NCBI GenBank assembly: GCA_028826165.1
Contig: JAPDFW010000090.1
Span: forward strand, 124,001-188,000
Source: Anaeramoeba ignava BMAN
Taxonomy: Eukaryota; Protista; Anaeramoebae
Direction of reading: 5' to 3'
DNA: 64,000 nt
A model generated the notes under the pieces. That model did no database searches, was not told the origin of the DNA, and saw only the letters and a program-made list of their open reading frames with translations. Shown in pieces: positions 36,601-47,818 of the stretch (the first letter of the stretch is position 1; each line of letters starts with the position of its first letter). A program made the translations under genes and the position numbers.

Positions 36601-38988
36601 TCAGTTGGAATTTTGCCAAAAAAAATCATATTCCACAAATTTTAAAAAGTCTTGTTAATCATCACGAAAACAATTTTCAATTATTAATCAATATCATTCA
36701 AAAAAATATTCCAAAATTTAGTTTTGAGAATTCTAATTATGATCAATATTCAGGAATTCAAAATTCGGCAAAAAATTGTTTTATGAATGCAATTTTACAA
36801 CAATTATTTTTTATTGAAGAATTTCGAATGCAAATTAAATCTCTTGATATTGGTTTGTTTTATTTTTTTATTTAAAAAACAAAGAAAATTATTTATATTC
36901 TTAAAATATTTAATATTTAAAATTATATTTAGATAACAAAAAACATCCTGTTTTATATCATCTACAAAATATATTCTCAAAACTTTCCCAAAAAGAAAAT
37001 ATGACAATCAACATCTCAGAATTTCTACAAGAACACTTTAAATACGATTCAACAATGATTAATAATCAACAAGATGCACATGAATTTTTACTTGTTTTAT
37101 TTTCACAAATTGAAAATTCATTAAAAGAAATGAACTGCCAAAATTTTATTGAAGAAATATTCAGAGGAAAATTGAATGATTATATAAAATGTATCCCAAA
37201 TAATCACATCACAAACAATATCGAAAATTATCATGTAATTGATGTAGATGTGAAAACACACAATTCGTTGGAGGAATCTTTAATGTATTTTATTTCGGAT
37301 ACTCAACTTGATGGGGATAATAAATATTTTTGCACAAAATGCCAAAAAAAAACAAGTGCAATTAAGAAATATTCCTTCCAAAAACTCCCCAAAATATTAA
37401 TTTTCATTTTGAAAAGATTTGATTATGATTTCAAATCAAACGAAAGATTTAGAATGGATTCCTATTTTACTTTCCCTTTAAAACTTGTTATGGATTCATA
37501 TATTTATAATCAACAAGAAACTATGCAATCCAAAAACAAAAATAGATATATTTATAATTTAATTGGTATTGTGATTCATCAAGGAAGCGCTGAATTTGGA
37601 CATTATATTTCTTTAATTAAAAAGCAATCAAGCGATCCAAATCAAAATGTTCAAAAATGGATCAAATTTAACGATTCAAAAATTTCCCATTTTAATATCA
37701 ATAATCTTCAACAATATGCATTTGGAAACATGGATAAAAAAAAAAGTAATGGAAGATCTGCTTATATGCTTTTTTATCAATTGGATTCAACCTCTAATCA
37801 CGAAAAACAACATGAAAAGCAAGAATATTCAACCCAATTTCCACAAGATGAAATCAATTTGGAATTTTTTTCATCACTTGAATTTCTTGATTTTTTTGCT
37901 GAAATCCAAAAAAATATTTACATGTTTGATTTCTCAGAAAAAACTCAACTCACAACCCAAATTGCTACACAAATTTATTTTGAAATTATTCCCAATTTCG
38001 ACGATAAAGTTTGTCAACATTGGGAAAATATTTTGATATTAATTTATTCAAAATATCAACAACTGTTAAAATGGATTTTCTCGTTTTTATCTCAACCTAA
38101 TTGCACTTGGTTTAAACAGTTGTTTTTTAATGGAAATCAAGTTGCAAGTAAAAGATTTGTTTTATTTCTTAGTGCATTGATGAAGGTTTCAATTTCTTCT
38201 TCTCAAAACGGAAATTTAATAATAGAAAATAACGAACCAAAAGAAGAATTAATTGAATTCATAAATTTTCTTATTGAAAAGGTTGATAATTCACAAAAAA
38301 AAAAAATAATCAAAATAATCATTATTAATTTTTAAAAAAAAAAAAAACTTAATTATAGTTTGATTTGGCAAAAAATCCAAATATTAATCCAACATTTTTC
38401 TTTCAAATTTTCTTATACTTCGGCCAAATTAATTTGAATACAATGAAGTATTTACTATTTTATCAACCATCATTAATTGAGAAATTCGCATCATTTTTAG
38501 AAGAAGAATCACAAAAACAAAGAAAGAATTTAAACCAACTCAAAACATTAGTTCATTTTGTGTTCATTTTATTTCAAAAACACTACGAATTAATTTATCC
38601 GAAAAACAAACATTCATTATTGCCAATAATCCAGAATAAATCAAATTTTTTTCTTCTTTCAATGAGATTCTATTCAACTGGAATTGAAAAGGCTATTCTT
38701 TATTCCTGCAAAAAAGATGGCAATATGGCAAATAATATCATTATAATTTGTTTAATTAAAGCTTCCACTTTTTTCACTTTTTCCCAATTCGAATATCTTC
38801 GTTCTCAAGATATTGTCTCTAATCTCTTTAAACTTGCTGCTAGAATTTGTTTTTCTTCTGCTATAAATTTGGAAAATTTAAGAAGACAATTTCTTGCTCA
38901 TCAAATACTTAATTCTGAGCAAGTTTTGAAACATTTTGAAGAAGAACTGAAAAAATTTTATTTAAACTCTTTAATAATTTTGAAATGA
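30692..38988 (+). CDS. Large ubiquitin-specific protease (peptidase C19), USP9/24/34-like; exons approx 30692-30719, 30791-30911, 30977-31328, 31400-31552, 31622-33856, 33931-36852, 36933-38281, 38359-38988; apparent indels near 34355, 35878, 36175
   Basis: Cys box GIQNSAKNCFMNAILQQLF, QQDAHEF, zinc ribbon LDGDNKYFCTKC, LPKILIFILKRFDYD, His box GIVIHQGSAEFGHYIS and WIKFND. The N-terminal IIQRFGFYSGFQFL resembles USP9/24/34. The GT-AG introns link the ORF fragments in frame. Confidence 0.85.
35188..36345 (+). repeat. Coding low-complexity hexamer expansion (AATGAA/AATCAA)n encoding Asn-Glu/Asn-Gln dipeptides inside the USP gene
   Basis: No GT donor at its start. It opens in frame as NENENQNQ and the USP reading frame resumes after it. 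Confidence 0.8.
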
Positions 38989-41508
38989 TTTTAAAAATAA
39001 ATCAGTTATTGAATTTGGGTTTAATTGATAATAATCTTTTAAATCTGAAAATTCTTCATTGATTTCTTTTGTAAATTCATCATGATAAAGAAAATAAATA
39101 AATTGTTGAATTGTTTCGAATGTTTTTCCTGAATAATCATGAACTTGATTAGACGGATCTTGAACATTCAAAAACATTCCTTTGAATAATTCACTTCTTA
39201 TTATTAAAATTAATTTATGAACTTTGATTTTCTTTTCTTCAGAAATAATTATTGTAAAATCTTGTGTTGATTCATTTTGATATAATTTATCAAAATCTTT
39301 GATTATTCCTTTTCTTCCTTTTTTTAAATCAAACCAATTTGAATCAAATCCAATTTCTTGGAAAAATTCTGAAATTTTCTCTTCTTTTTTTTGTTTTTTT
39401 TCATCAAAGAAAAGATCAGGATCGCGAAAATAAAAATTATAAAGATCATCAAATTTGAATCTATTTTTTGGTTTTTGAGGATTATTCATTTTATCCTTTA
39501 ATTTTTGATAAATTTTTTGAAAATCCACAAATCCAGAATAAAGGAAATTAAGAACAAATTGAACATCTTCTTTTGATTTTCTGAAACAAATATTAATAAA
39601 TTTCTGTAAAATTGCTTGATTGTTATCAAATCTTGTTAAAAGAATTAATTTATGAACATTGAATTTAGAACCGTCACTTGATTGAATTAGCAAATCTGAA
39701 AAATTATTATTATTATTATTATTATCATTATCATCTTCATTTGAATTTAAAAAATTATGTAAATCTTGATTAATTGAAAAAACTTTGAGAAATGTTTCGA
39801 CGAATTGATTTGTAACTTGTTTTTTTCCCAAATCAAAAAAATTTGCATTATTCATCAACAAAAATCCAATTAAAAGTTCTCTTTTTTTGTTAATTGCTAT
39901 TGAAAGAGCTGTTTCTTCATCAAAAATTGTTTTTGCATTGATATCACTTCCTTTTTCAATAAGATATTTAATTATTTGAATTGTTGAATTAGGGTTTTTA
40001 CAAGCAAAATATAAAGCTGTTTCATTCCCAAGTGTTTTTTCATTTACATAAATTCTTTTTGAAATTAATAATTTAATAATTTCTAGAGATATATTTTCAT
40101 TTTGGCAAATAATATGTAAAGCTGTTTCATTTCTTGATGTTTTTGCATTAATATCAATTCCTTCTTTTTCAATCAATAATTTGATAATTTCTAATTTTGG
40201 ATTTTGATTTTGACAAGCAAAATGCAAAGCTGTTTCATCTTCATTTCTTGATGTTTTTGCATTAATATCAATTCCTTCTTTTTCAATTAATAATTTGATA
40301 ATTTCAAAAGATATATTTGGGTTTTGGCAAGCAAAATGTAAAGCAGTTTCATCTTTATATATTGATTTTGAATTAATATCAATTCCTTCTTTTTCAATTA
40401 AATATTTGATAATTATTAAAGATGGATTTTCATTTTCGCAAAGAAGATGTAAAGCAGTTTTATTCCAATTTGATTTTGCATTAATATCAATCCCTTTTGA
40501 AATCAAATGCTTGATAATTTCTAAAGATGGATTTTTATTTTGGCAAATAATATGCAAAGCAGTTTCATTTGTATTTGTTATTGAATTAATATCAATTCCA
40601 TTTTCATTTAAATATTCAATAATTTCTAATTTTGGATTTTCATTTTTGCAAGCAATATGTAAAGCAGTTTCATTTGTATTTGTTTTTGAATTAATATCAA
40701 TTCCGTTTTCAATTAAATATTTAATAATTTCTAAAGATATATTTTCATTTTTGCAAGCAATATGTAAAGCATTTTCATTTGTATTTGTTTTTGCATTAAT
40801 ATCAATTCCATTTTCAATCAGATATTTAATAATTTCTAATTTTGGATTTTTATTTTGGCAAATAATATGTAAAGCAGTTTCATTTGTATTTGTTTTTGAA
40901 TTAATATCAATTCCATTTTCAATTAAATATTCAATAATTTCTAAAGATATATTTTCATTTTGACAAGCAATATGTAAAGCTGTTTCATTTTTATTTGTTA
41001 TTGAATTAATATAAATTCCGTTTTCAATTAAATATTCAATAATTTCTAATTTTGGATTTTTATTTTTGCAAAGAATATGTAAAGCAGTTTCGTTTTTATT
41101 TGTTATTGCATTAATATCAATTCCATTTTCAATTAAATATTTAATAATTTCTAATTTTGGATTTTTATTTTGGCAAATAATATGTAAAGCAGTTTTATTT
41201 GTATTTGTTACTGAATTAATATCAATTCCATTTTCATTTAAATATTCAATAATTTCTAAAGATATATTATTTAAAATTGAAATGTGAAGTGAATTATTTT
41301 CTGATTTATCAACTTGATTTAATTCTACACCTTTTGTAATTAATAATTCAATTATTTCTTTTGAAACTTTTTTTTCGATTGCAAAATGTAAAATTGGTTT
41401 GTTTTCTTTTATTAATTCATTTTCAGGAATTTTTTCAATTTGTTTTAAGTATTCAATAATATTCTCAAAATTATTATTATTTTCTTGAATAATTTGCCAA
41501 ATATTCAT
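38971..41508 (-). CDS. Ankyrin-repeat + tandem BTB protein (845 aa, intronless), paralog of 316..8355
   Basis: Near-identical N-terminus MNIWQII.ENNN, about 14 ankyrin repeats, and shared C-terminal VHKLILLTRFDNNQ, KKGRKGI.KD and IKVHKLILI.RSELFKGMFLNVQD. Confidence 0.92.
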   Translation of the reverse strand: MNIWQIIQENNNNFENIIEYLKQIEKIPENELIKENKPILHFAIEKKVSKEIIELLITKGVELNQVDKSENNSLHISILNNISLEIIEYLNENGIDINSVTNTNKTALHIICQNKNPKLEIIKYLIENGIDINAITNKNETALHILCKNKNPKLEIIEYLIENGIYINSITNKNETALHIACQNENISLEIIEYLIENGIDINSKTNTNETALHIICQNKNPKLEIIKYLIENGIDINAKTNTNENALHIACKNENISLEIIKYLIENGIDINSKTNTNETALHIACKNENPKLEIIEYLNENGIDINSITNTNETALHIICQNKNPSLEIIKHLISKGIDINAKSNWNKTALHLLCENENPSLIIIKYLIEKEGIDINSKSIYKDETALHFACQNPNISFEIIKLLIEKEGIDINAKTSRNEDETALHFACQNQNPKLEIIKLLIEKEGIDINAKTSRNETALHIICQNENISLEIIKLLISKRIYVNEKTLGNETALYFACKNPNSTIQIIKYLIEKGSDINAKTIFDEETALSIAINKKRELLIGFLLMNNANFFDLGKKQVTNQFVETFLKVFSINQDLHNFLNSNEDDNDNNNNNNNFSDLLIQSSDGSKFNVHKLILLTRFDNNQAILQKFINICFRKSKEDVQFVLNFLYSGFVDFQKIYQKLKDKMNNPQKPKNRFKFDDLYNFYFRDPDLFFDEKKQKKEEKISEFFQEIGFDSNWFDLKKGRKGIIKDFDKLYQNESTQDFTIIISEEKKIKVHKLILIIRSELFKGMFLNVQDPSNQVHDYSGKTFETIQQFIYFLYHDEFTKEINEEFSDLKDYYQLNPNSITDLFLKSFQNY

Positions 41509-41583
41509 TTTAAAAAAAAATAAAAATGAAAATGAAAATAATTTTTCATTTTTTTCTTTCTTTTAATTTAATTCAAAAAAAAA
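41509..41583. promoter_or_regulatory. 75-bp putative bidirectional promoter between ankyrin-BTB and actin
   Basis: AAAATGAAAATGAAAA followed by TTTTTCATTTTTTT, so the motif occurs in both orientations. Confidence 0.62.
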
Positions 41584-42717
41584 ATGAGTGAAGAAATTAA
41601 ACCAATAGTGATTGATAATGGTTCATCATTAACAAAAGCAGGATTTGCAGGAGAAGAATCACCAAAATCAGTTTTCCCAACAATAGTAGGAAAAAAGAGA
41701 TATTTAGATATTATAAGAGTTGGAATGGGAGAAAAAAATTATTATATTGGAGATGAAGCAAATGGGAATAGAGGGTATTTAGAACTAGAATTCCCAATTG
41801 AAAAAGGAATAATCCAAAATATGGATTACATGGAAAAAATTTGGCATCATATCTTTTATAATGAATTAAGAGTCTCACCTGAACAATATCCTGTTTTATT
41901 GACTCAAGTCCCATTCAATCCAAAAAATCAACGTGAACTCACAACTCAAATCATGTTTGAAACATTTAATGTTCCAAGTTTTTATATGGCAAATCAAGGC
42001 ATATTACCACTTTATTCAACAGGAAAAACAACAGGAATATCTGTTAATATTGGAGATGGGGTTTCTTTTACTTATCCTGTTTATAATTCCCATAGTTTAT
42101 CCCATTGTATGATCAAAAGTAGTTTTGCTGGCAAAGATATAACTAATTTTCTAATTCGACTTTTGACTGAAAGAGGATATTTTTTTGAAACAACTCCTGA
42201 ATTCCAAATTGTTAATGAGCTCAAAGAAAAACTTTGTTATGTTTCTTTGGATTTTGATAAGGAGTTGGAAATTTCAAATCAAAATGATTCTTTAATCCTA
42301 AAAAACTTTGAATTGCCAAACGGCAAAATTTTGACAATTGGAAACCAATTATTTAGATGTCCTGAAGCTTTGTTTCAACCCAAATTGATTGGAAAAGAAC
42401 AAAAAGGAATTCATCAAATGATTTTTGATTCAATTATGAAATGTGATATTCATACAAGAAAAGATCTTTTTCAAAATATTATTCTAGTTGGAGGATCCAC
42501 TTTTTTTCCTGGTTTTCTTGAAAGACTTCAAAATGAAATGAATAAATTAGTTCCTCCTTCAATGAAAATTCAATTTATTGTACCTTCTGAAAGAAAATAT
42601 TCTGTTTGGATTGGTGGTTCTATTTTTGCTTCTCTTTCTTCTTTCCAAAAAAAAGTTATTTTGAAAGAAGAATATGAAGAATATGGACCTGGAATTATTC
42701 ATGAGAAATGCTTTTAA
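41584..42717 (+). CDS. Divergent actin / actin-like protein (377 aa, intronless)
   Basis: Actin-colinear motifs IVIDNGSSLTKAGFAG, MEKIWHHIFYNELRV, TQIMFETFNVP, KEKLCYV, FRCPEALFQP, ERKYSVWIGGSI and GPGIIHEKCF. Confidence 0.93.
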   Translation: MSEEIKPIVIDNGSSLTKAGFAGEESPKSVFPTIVGKKRYLDIIRVGMGEKNYYIGDEANGNRGYLELEFPIEKGIIQNMDYMEKIWHHIFYNELRVSPEQYPVLLTQVPFNPKNQRELTTQIMFETFNVPSFYMANQGILPLYSTGKTTGISVNIGDGVSFTYPVYNSHSLSHCMIKSSFAGKDITNFLIRLLTERGYFFETTPEFQIVNELKEKLCYVSLDFDKELEISNQNDSLILKNFELPNGKILTIGNQLFRCPEALFQPKLIGKEQKGIHQMIFDSIMKCDIHTRKDLFQNIILVGGSTFFPGFLERLQNEMNKLVPPSMKIQFIVPSERKYSVWIGGSIFASLSSFQKKVILKEEYEEYGPGIIHEKCF

Positions 42718-42727
42718 ATTCAATTTG

Positions 42728-44160
42728 AAAATATTAATTTAAATCAAAAATATTTTAATTCAAAAATATTAATTTAATTTCAAAATATTAATTTAAATCA
42801 AAATATTAATTTAAATCAAAATATTAATTTAATTCCAAAATATTAATTTAATTCCAAAATATTAATCTAATTCAAAAATATTAATTTAATTCCAAAATAT
42901 TAATTTAATTCCAAAATATTAATTTAAATCAAAATATTAATTTAATTCAAAAATATTAATTTAATTCCAAAATATTAATTTAAATCCAAAATATTAATTT
43001 AATTCAAAATATTAATTTAATTCCAAAATATTAATTTAAATCAAAAATATTAATTTCAATCAAAATATTAATTTAATTCCAAAATATTAATTTATTTCCA
43101 AAATATTAATTTAATTCCCAAAATATTAATTTAAATCCAAAATATTTAATTTAATTCAAAAAATTTAATATTAATTTAAACCAAAATATTAATTTAATTC
43201 CAAAATATTAATTTAATTCCAAAATATTAATTTAATTTCAAAATATTAATTTAATTCAAAAATATTAATTTAATTCCAAAATATTAATTTAATTTCAAAA
43301 TATTAATTTAATTCAAAAATATTTATTTAATTCAAAAATATTAATTTAATTCCAAAATATTAATTTAATTCCAAAATATTAATTTAATTCCAAAAATATT
43401 AATTTAATTCCAAAATATTAATTTAATTCCAAAATATTAATTTAAATCAAAATATTAATTTAATTCCAAAAATAATTTAAATCAAAATATTAATTTAATT
43501 CCAAAATATTAATTTAAATCAAAATATTAATTTAATTCCAAAATATTAATTTAATTCCAAAATATTAATTTAATTCCTAAAAATATTAATTTAATTCCAA
43601 AATATTAATTTAAATTCCAAAATATTAATTTAATTCAAAAATATTTATTTAATTCAAAAATATTAATTTAATTCCAAAATATTAATTTAATTCAAAATAT
43701 TAATTTAATTCCCAAAATATTAATTTAATTTCAAAATATTAATTTAATTCAAAATATTAATTTAAATTCCAAAATATTAATTTAATTCTAAAATATTAAT
43801 TTAATTCAAAAATATTAATTTAATTCCAAAATATTAATTTAATTCCAAAATAATTTAATTCCAAAATATTAATTTAATTCAAAATATTAATTTAATTTCA
43901 AAATATTAATTTAATTCTAAAATATTAATTTAAATCAAAAATATTAATTTAATTCCAAAATATTAATTTAATTCTAAAATATTAATTTAATTTCAAAATA
44001 TTAATTTAATTTCAAAATAATTTAAATCAAAATATTTATTTAAATTCATTCCAAAATATTTAATTCCAAAATATTAATTTAATTCTAAAATAATAATCTA
44101 AATCAAAAATATTAATTTAATTCTAAAATATTAATTTAATTTCAAAATATTAATCTAATT
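42728..44160. repeat. Intergenic ~19-20-bp minisatellite (AAAATATTAATTTAATTCC)n downstream of actin
   Basis: Tandem array begins about 10 bp after the actin stop codon. Confidence 0.92.
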
Positions 44161-44282
44161 AAATTCCAAAAGATCAAATTAATTAAAATTAAAATTAAAA
44201 TCTAAAATAAATTAATTTTTTTTTCCACTTCATCTTTTCATTTTTTTTTTCACAAATTTGAAAATTGTTTTCATTTCCTCAA

Positions 44283-44380
44283 TAAAGCAAAAAAAAACCA
44301 ATTTAAAGCAAAAAAAAACCAATTTAAAAAAAAAAAAACCAATTCAAAGCAAAAAAAAATAAATTTAAAGCAAAAAAAAT
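44283..44380. repeat. Short ~21-bp tandem repeat (AAAGCAAAAAAAAACCAATTT, about 4-5 degenerate copies) upstream of the receptor-like gene
   Basis: Directly visible repeated units. Confidence 0.65.
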
Positions 44381-44467
44381 AAAAATAAAAAGTAATTCAA
44401 AAAAATAAAAATAAAAATAAAAAGAAATTTTTTTTCCTTTTTATTTTATTTAATTTTAAATTTATAA

Positions 44468-47400
44468 ATGAATTTTTATTTAAGAAAAGAAAACAAAATG
44501 AAACAAATCATTTTAATTTTTTCAATAATTATAATTCTGGTGAAAGAATCAGGACAAAATCAAGAAATAATAACAGCAAATGAATTTAATTGGGATTTAA
44601 TTGACACATTTACAAATTCCGAAGGTTTTGGACATAGAGTATCAGTTTCAGGAGGTTTTTTAGTAGTTGGAAATTTCCTAAAAAATAAGACATTTGTTTA
44701 CAAATATAACGGCAGCAATTTTGTTTATCAACAAAATTTCTCAGGACCTCCAAACTCAAATTTTGGATTTAGTATTTCTGTTTATGAAGATGTTATTGTT
44801 ATTGGAGCTTATAAAATAAATCAAACATTTGTTTATAGATACAATGGAAGTTATTGGAATCTTGAAAAAAACTTGACTCAAACAAGTGGTAATTTTGGAA
44901 TAAGTGTTGGAATTTATGGAAATGTTATTGTTGTTGGAACTCAATATGAAAACAAGACTTATATATATAGATATAACGCAGGAGATTGGGGTCTTGAACA
45001 GACAATATATGAACCATTAGTGAATAATTCGGGATATCTTGTTTCAATTTATGATGATGTTATTGTTATTGGATCCCTTTGGGATAACAGAATACTTGTT
45101 TATAGATATAATGGAGTTGCATGGAATTTGGAGCAAACATTGTATAGTCTCACAACTTGTTCTCAAGGATACTCCATTTCAATATATAATAATGTAATTG
45201 CGATTGCCGCTACTTCTGGAAATTCTTTATTGATTTATAGATATAATGATATAGCATGGAATTTAGAACAAACTTTGCAGACAGCTCCATTTCCGGAATG
45301 GAGCGGATATGGTGTTGATATTTATACAAATGTTATGGTTGTTGGAGACTCTTATTCAAACCAAACATTGATTTACGCATACAATGGAACTTATTGGAAT
45401 AATGAAAAAAATATCACCGAATCATATCCCTTTTTCGGAGCATCTGTTGCAATTTCAAACAATTTTACAGCTGTTGGATCTCCAATCACTAACGACGTAT
45501 TTGTTTATCGAATGAATAATAATGAAAAAATTGTTGTTCTCAATTGTTCATCCTTGTTTTCATCATTTGAATGCTTTTGGGAATTTGATTTCTTCATTTT
45601 GAATTTTCAAATCGATTATGGATTTGGTTGGATTCATATTGATTCACCTATTCTCAACGGATCTACTTACTATCAATTATTCAATTCATCACAATATCCT
45701 AATATCACTGGAAACCATGCATATTCAATTCAAATCAAAGGATGTGATGATACAGAAACTATTTGTGGAGAGCCTTCTTCTATTATCAATTTAGTAACAA
45801 GAATCGATGCAGTAAAGAATTTTCAGCTCACAAATCTGACAGACTATTTGGTTAACACTTCTTGGGGTTATCCGACTGTTGACCTTATTGGCGGAATCCC
45901 CAATCTTGATCACTATATTATCTCCTATTTTCCGCAATCAGATCCAGGATCAGTGACATTAATTTCTGTTCCAAATTATTTAACTTCATATCTTTTGGAT
46001 ATTCAATGCGGAAATGATTATAATATCTCGATATACGCATGCAGAAACTCAGCATGCCAAGGAGACGATCAAGGAGAAGTTGTTGAATCATCCATTTCAT
46101 TAGGCCTTGAAGCTGTTTCAGATCTTTCTTGCTCGGTTTCAGATGTTTTTGATATTCTTTGTGATTGGAATCCGCCAATTAATTGCTCAACTCCTTCTTA
46201 TTATAACTTCACTTTTCAAGCAATTTCAAAAGATGATTCAGGAAATTATAACGTGACATCATTAAATCAAAACTTTACATCTCAATTCCAAAACCAGGAA
46301 TATCAAGTTTATGTCTCAGCATGTAATTCAGACAATGTTTGTGCAGAAATTACTACAACTTCAGTTAAAACTGATAATTTATCTGCTCCAACAATTACTC
46401 AATCAATTCCCAAAATTGAAGAAATTGAATTACATTTCTCAAAAGTAATAGGAGCTCAAAATTATTCAATATCAATTGATAATAAAGTGACTTGGCAAAA
46501 CTTCACAACACTTAATTTAGATGGAAGTGAAGCTATTGGAACAATAAATGGAATACCAGGAAATGTTGATCAACAAATTGCAATTCGAGGATGTTCTGAT
46601 TTAAATTGCAATAATATATATATAGGAGAGCCCAGTTCAACAATAATAGCAAAAGCTATATTAGGGAATATTACTTCATTAAATTGTACACCATCAAGTT
46701 GTGGATTTGAATGTAATTGGGATTCATTAAGTTTATCAACAGGATTAGAAGGATATTCTTTAACTTATAATTCAACCCAAATTTGTTTATCAAAATCAAC
46801 AACAACTTTAGTAGTTTTAGGTTTAATTCCAGAAGCGTTTTATCAAATATCAGTTCATTCATCAGCTACTAGTGATTGTTCTTATGATCAATATTCAGGA
46901 ATTGATTCAACAACTTCAATCACAACAGAAAATTTATTAGCTCCAAATATTATTCAATCAATTCCCAAAATTGAAGAAATTGAATTATATTTCTCAAAAG
47001 TAATAGGAGCTCAAAATTATTTGATATCACTTGATAATAAAGTGAATTGGCAAAAATTCACAACACTTAATCTAGAAGGAAGTCAAGAAATTGGAACAAT
47101 AAATGGAATACCAGGAAATGTTGATCAACAAATTGCAGTTCGAGGATGTTCTGATTTAAATTGCGAAGTTGGACATTTAGGATTATCTAGTTCAACAATA
47201 ACAGCAAAAGCTATATTAGGGAATATTACTTCACTAAATTGCTATGGAATAATTTGCGGATTTTATTGCAATTGGAGTCCGTTATTTTTATCATCAGGAT
47301 TACAAAGATATTCTTTAACATACAATTCAATGCCGATTTGTGTAGAAAATTCATTAACAACTTATACAGTTACTGGATTAAAAGGAAATGAGGTTTATGA

Positions 47401-47728
47401 AATATCACTTTTGGCATCAGCTACTAATGATTGTTCTTATGATCAATATTCAGGTCTCCCTAAAATAACTTCCGTCACTACATTCTCTTCTTCTGATTCT
47501 TCTTCTGCAAGTGCTTCATCTACTTGGATTATTCTTATTGTTTGTTTGATTCTTGCTATTCTTTTGATTTCTGCAATTGTTTTGTTTATTGTTTTTAGAA
47601 AAAGAAGAAAGAGAAGAAAGAATACTAAAAAACTTAAGAAACCAAAAAAAGAAAAAGAATTGGAAAATGAATTCGATTTCGTTTATTATGATGCTGATAA
47701 TCCTGATGATGGATTTGAAGAATTTTGA
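44468..47728 (+). CDS. Type I membrane protein with FG-GAP-type beta-propeller and fibronectin type III-like repeats (start may be 44498)
   Basis: Signal MKQIILIFSIIIILV. About seven FG(F/I/A)S(V/I)xxxxDVIVIGA...VYRYNGxxW blades, then FN3-like Cys-containing modules with an internal duplication, TM WIILIVCLILAILLISAIVLFIVF, basic RKRRKRRK and an acidic tail. Confidence 0.88.
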   Translation: MNFYLRKENKMKQIILIFSIIIILVKESGQNQEIITANEFNWDLIDTFTNSEGFGHRVSVSGGFLVVGNFLKNKTFVYKYNGSNFVYQQNFSGPPNSNFGFSISVYEDVIVIGAYKINQTFVYRYNGSYWNLEKNLTQTSGNFGISVGIYGNVIVVGTQYENKTYIYRYNAGDWGLEQTIYEPLVNNSGYLVSIYDDVIVIGSLWDNRILVYRYNGVAWNLEQTLYSLTTCSQGYSISIYNNVIAIAATSGNSLLIYRYNDIAWNLEQTLQTAPFPEWSGYGVDIYTNVMVVGDSYSNQTLIYAYNGTYWNNEKNITESYPFFGASVAISNNFTAVGSPITNDVFVYRMNNNEKIVVLNCSSLFSSFECFWEFDFFILNFQIDYGFGWIHIDSPILNGSTYYQLFNSSQYPNITGNHAYSIQIKGCDDTETICGEPSSIINLVTRIDAVKNFQLTNLTDYLVNTSWGYPTVDLIGGIPNLDHYIISYFPQSDPGSVTLISVPNYLTSYLLDIQCGNDYNISIYACRNSACQGDDQGEVVESSISLGLEAVSDLSCSVSDVFDILCDWNPPINCSTPSYYNFTFQAISKDDSGNYNVTSLNQNFTSQFQNQEYQVYVSACNSDNVCAEITTTSVKTDNLSAPTITQSIPKIEEIELHFSKVIGAQNYSISIDNKVTWQNFTTLNLDGSEAIGTINGIPGNVDQQIAIRGCSDLNCNNIYIGEPSSTIIAKAILGNITSLNCTPSSCGFECNWDSLSLSTGLEGYSLTYNSTQICLSKSTTTLVVLGLIPEAFYQISVHSSATSDCSYDQYSGIDSTTSITTENLLAPNIIQSIPKIEEIELYFSKVIGAQNYLISLDNKVNWQKFTTLNLEGSQEIGTINGIPGNVDQQIAVRGCSDLNCEVGHLGLSSSTITAKAILGNITSLNCYGIICGFYCNWSPLFLSSGLQRYSLTYNSMPICVENSLTTYTVTGLKGNEVYEISLLASATNDCSYDQYSGLPKITSVTTFSSSDSSSASASSTWIILIVCLILAILLISAIVLFIVFRKRRKRRKNTKKLKKPKKEKELENEFDFVYYDADNPDDGFEEF

Positions 47729-47818
47729 TTTGATCCAAATTTTTCAATAAAAAAAAAATTTTTTCTTTTTTTCATTTTCATTTTTTTTCATTTTTCTCAT
47801 TTTTCTTTTCCAAACAAA

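Noticed and set aside
44468-47728. Call as a true integrin alpha
   Set aside because: It lacks the membrane-proximal GFFKR motif and clear Ca2+-binding DxDxDG loops, and the stalk is FN3-like.
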